Below are positions 56,604 to 64,000 of a DNA stretch of 64,000 nucleotides, in pieces. The notes below the pieces were generated by a model, which was not told where the DNA came from, did not search any database, and was given only the letters and a program-made list of their open reading frames with translations. Both the position numbers and the translations under genes were made by a program. This stretch comes from Pseudonocardiaceae bacterium (GTDB taxonomy: Bacteria > Actinomycetota > Actinomycetes > Mycobacteriales > Pseudonocardiaceae), in assembly GCA_036503065.1 (NCBI GenBank), contig DASXXM010000151.1, forward strand, positions 2,539 to 66,538, written 5' to 3'. Each line of letters starts with the position of its first letter. The first letter of the stretch is position 1.

Positions 56604-57812
56604 ATGTCGGTCGCCGCGTCGGTCGAGGAGATCAACGCGACACCGGTGGCACGGTCGACGTTCCTGTTGATGGCCGTCGCCACCGGTGTCACGGTCGCGA
56701 ACCTGTACTACGTACAGCCCCTGCTGCACCGGATGCAGCAGGACTTCCACACCACGTCCGAGGTGGCGGCGCTGACCGTCACGGTCGCGCAGGTCGGCTT
56801 CGCCGCGGCACTCGCGCTGGTGGTGCCACTCGCGGACGTCGTCGCGCGGCGCAAGCTGGCCGTCGGCCTGCTCGTCCTGCTCGCGGCGGCGATGGCGACC
56901 GCCGCGTCGAGCCCGTCCATCGCGGTGCTCCTCGTGGCGTCCGCGGTGATCGGCCTCGGCGTGGCGGCCGCGCAGGTGATCGTGCCGTTCGCCGCGTCGC
57001 TGGCCGAGCCGGCCGGTCGCGGCCGGGTGGTCGGCACGGTGATGACCGGGATGCTGTTGGGCACGCTGCTGGCCAGGACCGTGTCGGGCGCGCTCGCCGA
57101 CGCCGCGGGCTGGCGCACGGTGTACTGGCTGGGCACGGTGCTGGTGGCGGTGCTGGCCGTGGTCCTCGCGCTGCGACTGCCCGCCGACGGCGTGCGGGAG
57201 AAGGTGCGCTACCCGGCGTTGTTGGCGTCGCTGTACCGGGTGTTCCGGGCGGAGCCCGTGCTGCGCGACCGGATGCTGTTGGGCGGCCTCGGCTTCGCCA
57301 CGTTCAGCCTGTTCTGGGCCACCATGGCGTTCATGCTCGCCGGCGACCCGTACCGGTACGGCACGCGGGTCATCGGCCTGTTCGGCCTCGCCGGGGCAGC
57401 GGGCGCGCTCGCCGCGAACCTCGCGGGCCGCTATGCCGACCGGGCGCCCGGACGGCTGCCCGGCGTCGTGTTCGGGTTGTGCGTGCTGGTCTCGTTCGTG
57501 CCACTCGCGTTCGCCCGGCAGTCGATCGTGCTGCTCATCGTCGGCGTCGTGCTGCTGGACATCGGGGTGCAGGGCCTGCAGGTGACCAACCAGAGCACCA
57601 TCTATCGGCTTTCCGCCGGGCGCAACGGCCGCATCACCGCGAACTACATGGTGGCCTACTTCGTCGGCGGCGCGCTCGGTTCGTGGCTCGGCAACCTCGC
57701 GTACGGCATCGCGGGCTGGACCGGCGTCTGCGGTCTGGGTGCCATCGTGGCGGGCCTCGCGGTACTCGTCGCGACACGCGCCCGGATGGTCACCGGCCAA
57801 CCAGCGGTCTGA
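56604..57812 (+). CDS. MFS transporter
   Basis: 402 aa with 12 TM-like segments. Confidence 0.8.
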   Translation: MSVAASVEEINATPVARSTFLLMAVATGVTVANLYYVQPLLHRMQQDFHTTSEVAALTVTVAQVGFAAALALVVPLADVVARRKLAVGLLVLLAAAMATAASSPSIAVLLVASAVIGLGVAAAQVIVPFAASLAEPAGRGRVVGTVMTGMLLGTLLARTVSGALADAAGWRTVYWLGTVLVAVLAVVLALRLPADGVREKVRYPALLASLYRVFRAEPVLRDRMLLGGLGFATFSLFWATMAFMLAGDPYRYGTRVIGLFGLAGAAGALAANLAGRYADRAPGRLPGVVFGLCVLVSFVPLAFARQSIVLLIVGVVLLDIGVQGLQVTNQSTIYRLSAGRNGRITANYMVAYFVGGALGSWLGNLAYGIAGWTGVCGLGAIVAGLAVLVATRARMVTGQPAV

Positions 57813-57932
57813 TCTGCACCGCAGCCTCCTCGCCGCGATCCGCTCAACCAACCGGACATTCGTGGCAACTTTCCTGGTCGCCCACGGCGTCTTAACCAAC
57901 GGAAAGGGTTCTTCGTCGGAGGGCGGGTCGAC

Positions 57933-60017
57933 ATGGTGGGCGCTGCGGCACGAGGTGCGGCCCGGCGACGGTGGCGCCCGATCGACTACCCGCGACGCGG
58001 CCGGACCGGACTGCGGCACTGGCTGCCGTCCTGGAAGCTGATCCTCGGGACGACCCTGCTGTTCATCGGCCTACTGGTCGGTGGCTTCTATCTCGCCCTG
58101 TGGCGGGTGCAGATCCCGCAGGCCAACGACTTCGCGACCAGGCAGGCCACCGTGTTCGACTACGCCGACGGGACCACCCAGATCGCGCACGTGGGCGTGA
58201 ACCGGGTCTCGGTGCCGCTGGCACAGGTGCCGCAGACCGTGCGGCACGCGGTGCTCGCCGCGGAGGACCGGTCCTTCTACCGGGAGGCGGCCCTGTCCCC
58301 GACCGGCATGCTGCGCGCCCTGCGCAACGACGTGACCAGCGGCGGCGCCCTCCAGGGCGGCTCGACGATCACCCAGCAGTACGTCAAGAACTACTACCTC
58401 ACCGAGAAGCAGACGTTCAGCCGCAAGCTGGACGAGGCACTCGTGGCCATCAAGATCGACCAGCGGCAGTCCAAGGACACCATCCTGCAGAACTACCTGA
58501 ACACCATCTTCTTCGGCCGAGGGACCTACGGCATCCAGACCGCGTCCCGCGCCTACTTCGGCACCGACGTGTCCGGCCTCGCCAACGATCCGGCCAAGGC
58601 CGCCTACCTGGCCGCCCTGGTCCAGTCGCCCTACTACTACAGCACCGCGAACACCGACCCGGCCGCGGCCAAGGCGCTGCGCCGGCGCTGGACCTACGTG
58701 CTCGACGGCATGGTCAGCGAGCACTGGCTGGACGCGAGAACCCGCGCCGGACTGCACTTCCCGACCACGATCCCGCCCAACACCAACGACCTGGCCGGCA
58801 CCAACGGCTACCTGGTGAACGCCGCGATCAGCTACCTGGACCAGGCGCACCGCCAGAACCCGGACGTGCCGGACTCGGCCATGATCATGCGCGGCGGCTA
58901 CACCGTCGTCACCACGTTCCGCCGGAACTATCTCGCCACGGCAACCACCGTCGTGCAACAGAACCTGGCCTCGCTCACCACGACCAACCCGGCCGACCAG
59001 AACGTCCACATCGGACTCGCTGCCGTCGACGAGACGACCGGCGCCGTCGTCGGCATCTACGGCGGCGCCGACTACGTCACACGCGGCTACAACGACGCGA
59101 CCCAGGCCGCGGGCCCGGTCGGGCGGTCGGTCGGCGACATGCTGGCCGTCGGCGTCCGGGCCAAACCGTCGGCGGACTGGCCGACCGCGATCGCCGCGCT
59201 GGGCCGAGCCGGCATCACCGACGCCAACCCGAAGGACGTCCCGCCGTCGGACGACGACCTCACCGCGACCCCGCTGCGCGCCGCGGCCGCCTACCAGGTC
59301 GTGGCCAACCACGGCGGTTATCATCCGACCTACGAGGTGGCCGAGGTCCGGTACAACGGCGCCGTGGTCTGGCGCGCGACCCCGACCACCGACACGTTCG
59401 CCGACAGCGGCGGCCGGTCGGGCACCTCCGGCACCGCGACCGGCGGCGTCGACGGCTCCGACCAGTGGGCGTGGACGGTCGGCGGCGTCGGCAACATCGC
59501 CGTGGCCGTGGACACCTACGCCACCGGCCCTGATGGCCGCGGCAACCGGCCGCTCGCCGGCATGACCGCGTCAGCGCCGGACCTGGCGTTCGCCAAGACG
59601 ATGGCCCCCACCAGCAACCAGCGATTCGCTATGCTGGCGCTCGTGCTGTCCGGTCTGGGCGCGCGGTCCACCCACTCGGCCGCGCAGCAGCGCACCGAGT
59701 CGATCTGGGTGTCCTACCTGGGCGCGATCGTGGCCGCCGGGGACGGCGTCACCGTCAACACCGCCGACGTCCTCCCCCCGTCCCCCGCCACCACACCACA
59801 CCAGTCGGACCGCCCAGCGGCCCGGCACACGACGCGAGTCCCCGCCACCACGACACACCCGCCGGCCACATCGACGACCGCACCGCCGACCTCCGTTGCG
59901 CCGACGACGAGTTCGACCCCGAGGCCGGTCATCACCGGCAAGCACGGCAGGCCACCCACCCGGCCCACCATGCCGCCGACCACACCGCCCGCCACGTCGG
60001 ACCCCGGCAGCCCGTGA
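57933..60017 (+). CDS. GT51 peptidoglycan glycosyltransferase with PBP-like but apparently degenerate transpeptidase region and Pro/Thr-rich tail
   Basis: 694 aa with an N-terminal TM anchor. GT51 motifs are LAAEDRSFY and GGSTITQQYVKN. I could not find SxxK or KTG motifs in the second half. Confidence 0.75.
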   Translation: MVGAAARGAARRRWRPIDYPRRGRTGLRHWLPSWKLILGTTLLFIGLLVGGFYLALWRVQIPQANDFATRQATVFDYADGTTQIAHVGVNRVSVPLAQVPQTVRHAVLAAEDRSFYREAALSPTGMLRALRNDVTSGGALQGGSTITQQYVKNYYLTEKQTFSRKLDEALVAIKIDQRQSKDTILQNYLNTIFFGRGTYGIQTASRAYFGTDVSGLANDPAKAAYLAALVQSPYYYSTANTDPAAAKALRRRWTYVLDGMVSEHWLDARTRAGLHFPTTIPPNTNDLAGTNGYLVNAAISYLDQAHRQNPDVPDSAMIMRGGYTVVTTFRRNYLATATTVVQQNLASLTTTNPADQNVHIGLAAVDETTGAVVGIYGGADYVTRGYNDATQAAGPVGRSVGDMLAVGVRAKPSADWPTAIAALGRAGITDANPKDVPPSDDDLTATPLRAAAAYQVVANHGGYHPTYEVAEVRYNGAVVWRATPTTDTFADSGGRSGTSGTATGGVDGSDQWAWTVGGVGNIAVAVDTYATGPDGRGNRPLAGMTASAPDLAFAKTMAPTSNQRFAMLALVLSGLGARSTHSAAQQRTESIWVSYLGAIVAAGDGVTVNTADVLPPSPATTPHQSDRPAARHTTRVPATTTHPPATSTTAPPTSVAPTTSSTPRPVITGKHGRPPTRPTMPPTTPPATSDPGSP

Positions 60018-60023
60018 GGTCCG

Positions 60024-61979
60024 CTACCGGCCGGCGTAGGCACGTACGTCCGCGACGCTCCACCAGCTTCCCGACGCGGCGGTCAGCGTGAGCCGCACGA
60101 ACCGGACCGGGCGGCCACCCACGTTCGCGGTGGTGAACTGACCGCTGCCGACGCCCTGCGCCACCGCGGTGGTCCAGTGGGCGCCGTCCGTGCTGACGGT
60201 GACGGTGTACCCCCGCGGGAAGTCCCCGGTCGACACGCCGGTGTCGAAGACCACCTGCCGCACCCGCGCGACCGTGCCGAAGTCGACCTGCAGGTACTGG
60301 CCCGGCTGCTGCCCGGTGCCGGTGCTGTACCGGGTGCTGGCGTCGTCGTCGACGGCCTTCGCGGCCACATCCGTTGCGCAGCAAGGGTTGGTCGGGCCGG
60401 CCGGATTCGCCGTCGCGGTCCAGCGCGCCGGGTCCACGGCACGCGCATCGCCGGATTCCCGGCCGTGCCAGACGAAGGTCGCCAGGGCACCGCCGGGCAG
60501 CGTGTAGGTGAAGGTCTCCGCACCCTCCCGCACGGCGAAGGTCTGCGGGTTGTCGTTCTCGTTGTGGGCCACCAGAACCGTGCTGCCGTCCGGGTTGCGG
60601 AACGCGACGTCCATCACCTGGCCGTTCCAGCCGGTGGTGCCGAAGGACGTGCTGGCGATGCGCACCGCGCCCGGCCGGACGAAGCGCGCCAGGTGCCCGA
60701 GCGTGTAGTACTCGGCGTTGCGAACGACGGTGCCGTCGGGATTGACGGTCACCACACCGGTGCACGTGCCGCAGCCACCGGTGTGCGGGCCGCCGCTCGG
60801 GTCCAGCGCGATGTTCCAGTTGACGACGGTCTTGGCCCAGTTGCGGGTGGCACCGATGATCAGGTTGCGGGCGTGCCACTTCAGCGTGTCGGAGAACGTG
60901 TTGGCCGGGCTGGCCGACTGGCTGCCGGAGCACTCGGTGAAGTAGATGTCCGTGGTGGGGAACTGGTTGTGCAGCGCGGTCATCATGCTCGGGTCGCCGG
61001 AGTAGCAGTGGTACGCGATGCCGGCGACGTACCGGGCGGCGGTGGAGTCGAGTAGCTGCTGCGGGTAGTCGTTGATGTCGGCGGTCTCGTCGGGCGGGGT
61101 CGCGGCGACGTCGTTGGGGTGCTCGGACCAGTTGTGGTCGTAGCCGAGGATCTGGGTCCGCAGGCCGGCGTGCCGCAGCATCGGGCCGAGTTGGGCGATG
61201 ACCTTCGCCTCCTGCCACGACGGCAGGTCGGTGCCCGGATAGCCGGACGGGGTGCGGTTCTGGGGCTCGTTCTGGACCGTGAGCTGGTCGACCCGGACGC
61301 CGTTGGCGCGGTAGGCCTGCACGAAGTCGACCAGGTAGGCGGCGTACGCGCGGTAGATCCGCGGATCGTCGATCAGGCGGCCGCCGACGAGCGAGTCGCC
61401 GGTCTTCATCCACGCGGGCGGGCTCCAGGGTGACGCCAGGATGCGCAGCGACGGGTTGAGCCGTTCTGCCTGCCGCAGCAGCGGCAGGATCTGCTGCTGG
61501 TCGTGCGCGATGGTGAAGTGCGCCAACGAGTAGTCGCTCTGGCCCGCGGGCACGTCGTCGTAGGTGTAGGCGGCGGTCGGGGTGAAGTCGGAGGCACCGA
61601 TGGGCTGGCGCAGGTAGCCGAGGCCGTCGCCGGTGTTCGGATCGAACAGCGAGGCCATCGTGGCGACACGTGCGGCGGGCGGCAGCGCCGAGAGGACGGT
61701 GGCGGCGGAGTCGGTGATGGACGCCCCGAACCCGACCATCGACTGGAACGTGCGGCTGGGGTCGACGACGACCGTGGGCGCGGTGCTCGGGCTGGTCGTG
61801 AACGCGACAGTGCCGAGGTCCGCCATCTTGTCGGTGCCGTCCGGCGTCGTGATCCACACGTGCGCCGTGTCGGTCGTCGGCCGCTCGGCCGGCACGGCCG
61901 CGCTCGCGCCAACGCCGGCGAATGCGGTGGCCACCAGGGCGCTGCCGGCGACGATCAGTGCCGAGGAACGTGGACGCAT
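60024..61979 (-). CDS. glycoside hydrolase family 30 with C-terminal F5/8-type-C (CBM32) domain, secreted
   Basis: Starts at MRPRSSALIVAGSALVATAFA. GH30-like segments are FGASITDSAA and SPWSPPAWMK. The discoidin-like tail is AVDDDASTRYSTG...WWSVADVRAY. Confidence 0.8.
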   Translation of the reverse strand: MRPRSSALIVAGSALVATAFAGVGASAAVPAERPTTDTAHVWITTPDGTDKMADLGTVAFTTSPSTAPTVVVDPSRTFQSMVGFGASITDSAATVLSALPPAARVATMASLFDPNTGDGLGYLRQPIGASDFTPTAAYTYDDVPAGQSDYSLAHFTIAHDQQQILPLLRQAERLNPSLRILASPWSPPAWMKTGDSLVGGRLIDDPRIYRAYAAYLVDFVQAYRANGVRVDQLTVQNEPQNRTPSGYPGTDLPSWQEAKVIAQLGPMLRHAGLRTQILGYDHNWSEHPNDVAATPPDETADINDYPQQLLDSTAARYVAGIAYHCYSGDPSMMTALHNQFPTTDIYFTECSGSQSASPANTFSDTLKWHARNLIIGATRNWAKTVVNWNIALDPSGGPHTGGCGTCTGVVTVNPDGTVVRNAEYYTLGHLARFVRPGAVRIASTSFGTTGWNGQVMDVAFRNPDGSTVLVAHNENDNPQTFAVREGAETFTYTLPGGALATFVWHGRESGDARAVDPARWTATANPAGPTNPCCATDVAAKAVDDDASTRYSTGTGQQPGQYLQVDFGTVARVRQVVFDTGVSTGDFPRGYTVTVSTDGAHWTTAVAQGVGSGQFTTANVGGRPVRFVRLTLTAASGSWWSVADVRAYAGR

Positions 61980-62125
61980 GGCGGCCTCCGCGACTGTAAC
62001 AAGTTGGAACAAAATGAAACACCACCGACCAAGACAGGAAACCAGCCGCGCGTCCCGCCGTCAATCCATCACTGCCCGTCACGGGAGACCCGTATGCTGC
62101 GAAGTGAAACAAGGAGGTGTAACAG

Positions 62126-63163
62126 ATGGCCAGGCAGGCCGGCCGGGTCACCGTCCGGGACATCGCCGCCGCGACCGGCGTCTCCATCGCCACGGTGTCG
62201 CGGGTCCTCAACGAGCACGCGAACGTCGCCCCGCACACCCGGGACCTGGTCCGGCGGGCCGTCGAGCAGTTGGGCACGCCGCACCCGCGATCGGCAGGAC
62301 GACCCGCCCAGGGCGCGGTGTACGTGCGCTGTCCCTACCTGCTCACGGACTACTTCGGCCTGATCGTGTCCTCCATCGCGGAGACGCTGGAACTGCACGG
62401 CAGGCAGTTGGTGCTCGACGCGGGCGAGGCATCCCAGCGGACCGCCGTCCTGCCCACGCTGGCCGGCAGGCCCGGGATCGGCGGCGCGCTCCTGATCCTC
62501 CCGCCCGAGCCCGGCGACGACCTCGAAACCCTGCGCGCCCAAGGGTTCCCGTTCGTCGTCGTGGATCCCCGCACCGCGACGCCGCGCGACATCGCCGCAG
62601 TGTCCGCGAGCCATTTCGCCGGCGCCCGCAGCATGGCCCGGCACCTGGTCGAACTGGGTCACCGGCGGATCGGTGTGCTCGCCGGACCGCACAACTGGCT
62701 GGCCGCCCAGGCCCGCCTGGCCGGCCACACCTCGGCGCTCGCCGACGTGGGCGTCCTGCCAAGACCCGAACTGGTCCGACCCGGCGAACCAACCACCCGA
62801 TTCGGCTACCGAGCCGCGGCCGAACTGCTCGATCTGCCGGAACGACCCACCGCGCTGGTCGGATTCAACGACAAGACCGCCGTCGGCGCGCTGGCCGCCG
62901 CAGCGGAACGCGGCCTGCGGGTGCCGGCGGACCTGTCCGTCGCCGGCTTCGACGACATCGACCTGGCACAGGCCACCAGCCCTCGGCTCACCACGGTCCG
63001 CCAGCCCCTGCCGGAGATGGGCCGCATGGCGGTCGGGCTGCTCGTCCGGCTCCTGGAGCGGCACCGGCTCGACGCGCTGCACGTCGAACTGTCCACCGAA
63101 CTGGTGATCCGCGAATCCACGGGCCCGGTACCGGTCGCGCGGCCCGTGACGCGAGCACAATGA
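62126..63163 (+). CDS. LacI-family transcriptional regulator
   Basis: 345 aa. The HTH is VTVRDIAAATGVSIATVSRVLN. Confidence 0.85.
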   Translation: MARQAGRVTVRDIAAATGVSIATVSRVLNEHANVAPHTRDLVRRAVEQLGTPHPRSAGRPAQGAVYVRCPYLLTDYFGLIVSSIAETLELHGRQLVLDAGEASQRTAVLPTLAGRPGIGGALLILPPEPGDDLETLRAQGFPFVVVDPRTATPRDIAAVSASHFAGARSMARHLVELGHRRIGVLAGPHNWLAAQARLAGHTSALADVGVLPRPELVRPGEPTTRFGYRAAAELLDLPERPTALVGFNDKTAVGALAAAAERGLRVPADLSVAGFDDIDLAQATSPRLTTVRQPLPEMGRMAVGLLVRLLERHRLDALHVELSTELVIRESTGPVPVARPVTRAQ

Positions 63164-63165
63164 CA

Positions 63166-63209
63166 GTTCGGCGGATGCGCATTCAGTACGAATGCGCAAT
63201 CCGCCGAAC
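63166..63209. terminator. long hairpin between convergent genes
   Basis: GTTCGGCGGATGCGCATTC, loop agtac, then GAATGCGCAATCCGCCGAAC. The stem is about 19 bp with one bulge. Confidence 0.6.
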
Positions 63210-63212
63210 CGG

Positions 63213-63638
63213 CTACCTGATCGTGAGGCTGATGTTGACGTCGTGTTCGATACCGCCGCCGGTCGCGTGAATGGTCATCGCGAAGGTGCCGATCAGCACG
63301 GACTGCTTCTTGATCTGAATGGCCACCTCACCGTCGTGCAGCGGGCCGAACCCGTTCGGGTCGATGATCGAGACCGTGCCGGTGGCCGGGATGTCACCGG
63401 ACAGGCCCAGCGAGACGTGCCCGCTGAACCCGTTCAGCGAGTTGACGGTGACGAAGTAGGGCGCCCCGGTGCCGCGCTTGCGGGTCTGTGTCAACGGGTT
63501 CACCGTGACGGTGAAATCGGGCGACGCCGCAGTGCGCCCGGTCGCCGCGGCGTGCTGCACGGGTACCAGCACGAACGTCATGGCGAACGCGAATACGAGC
63601 AGCAGAGCCATCACCGCGGACCGAATCCGATGCAGCAT
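63213..63638 (-). CDS. small secreted/membrane-anchored hypothetical protein
   Basis: Starts at MLHRIRSAVMALLLVFAFAMTFVLVP. The remainder is beta-rich. Confidence 0.55.
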   Translation of the reverse strand: MLHRIRSAVMALLLVFAFAMTFVLVPVQHAAATGRTAASPDFTVTVNPLTQTRKRGTGAPYFVTVNSLNGFSGHVSLGLSGDIPATGTVSIIDPNGFGPLHDGEVAIQIKKQSVLIGTFAMTIHATGGGIEHDVNISLTIR

Positions 63639-63805
63639 AAGACCACGCCTTTCGTGTCGACTGGAATACGGGCACCAGAAATATAGCCGCCGCACCGACG
63701 ACCTGCCGCCATGTGAATTGTCAATGGCGGACGGAAACCGCGCAGTCCGGGCCGTTTGCGACTAACAAAAGTCTCACCGGGTACTTGAATGAGACACTTG
63801 AGGGC

Positions 63806-64000
63806 ATGGAGTCCCGAGACAGCGCCGCAAGCACGGCCCGGCTGACCGAGAAGGACATCATCGAGTTCGCGACGAGCCTGCCCGGCGTGGTCGCCATCAC
63901 CGCATGCGAAGCCGACGGATCGCCCGCGGTGGCGTGGGGCGACACGTTCGTCTACTACGACCCGGACGGCGCCGCGGCCAACCGTCGAATGCCGTTCGCC
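63806..64000 (+). CDS. hypothetical protein, 5' part only (DUF6194-like?)
   Basis: ATG at 63806, with the frame open to the window end. The sequence is MESRDSAASTARLTEKDIIEFATSLPGVVAI...GDTFVYYDPDG. Confidence 0.4.
   Translation, partial: MESRDSAASTARLTEKDIIEFATSLPGVVAITACEADGSPAVAWGDTFVYYDPDGAAANRRMPFA

Noticed and set aside
59932-62277. 781-aa minus-strand ORF overlapping the GH30 gene
   Set aside because: It is an alternative frame of the same strand with RPGR-rich noise. The 60024..61979 frame carries the signal peptide and the GH30/CBM32 motifs.

Overview
This is 64 kb of high-GC, actinomycete-type chromosomal DNA (roughly 70% GC by eye, not computed). It is gene-dense, and strong third-position GC bias separates real frames from the many long antisense ORFs in the track. 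I recognise no rRNA, tRNA, CRISPR array, transposase or integrase.

Content from left to right:
1. 1-13.8 kb: a small non-modular NRPS cluster. It has a stand-alone A-T, an A-T interrupted by an FkbM-type methyltransferase, a stand-alone C domain, a CrtI-like flavoenzyme and two fused ABC exporters. It also carries an SbnA/SbnB-type L-2,3-diaminopropionate supply pair and a polytopic membrane protein.
2. 13.8-15.4 kb: an ECF-type sigma factor plus YciI pair.
3. 15.5-17.8 kb: a four-gene operon around a 403-aa WXG-motif protein that looks like a T7SS substrate.
4. 17.8-21.2 kb: an O-antigen-ligase-like protein, a small secreted protein, an isochorismatase and an HTH-PASTA protein.
5. 21.26-22.15 kb: an AT-rich array (about 0.9 kb) of a 21-nt hairpin-forming motif with three different heptanucleotide microsatellites, lying between convergent genes.
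6. 24.1-29.5 kb: an AfsA-like/HAD/SDR signalling-lactone cassette. It is co-oriented with three NTF2-like genes, a DAHP-synthase relic and an MFS/TetR pair.
7. 31.3-40.0 kb: a second AfsA-like gene inside an operon with its own ACP, KAS II, KAS III, BCKDH-type E1 alpha/beta, a lipoyl-only truncated E2, MaoC, crotonase and chorismate mutase. A decayed copy of the ACP-KAS junction precedes it.
8. 40.0-47.9 kb: GntR, an FAH-family protein and a Liv-type ABC importer.
9. 47.9-53.8 kb: a YbaB-like / WXG100-like / 1343-aa Rhs toxin / candidate immunity operon.
10. 53.9-64 kb: phospholipase C, a questin-oxidase-like protein, an MFS transporter, a PBP-like glycosyltransferase, GH30-CBM32 and LacI.

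The best candidates for something new are the AfsA-FAS-oxoacid-dehydrogenase operon with a lipoyl-only E2, the Rhs locus with an unassigned toxin/immunity pair, the WXG-motif operon, and the hairpin/microsatellite array.

All family calls come from reading motifs by eye. No database search was run.
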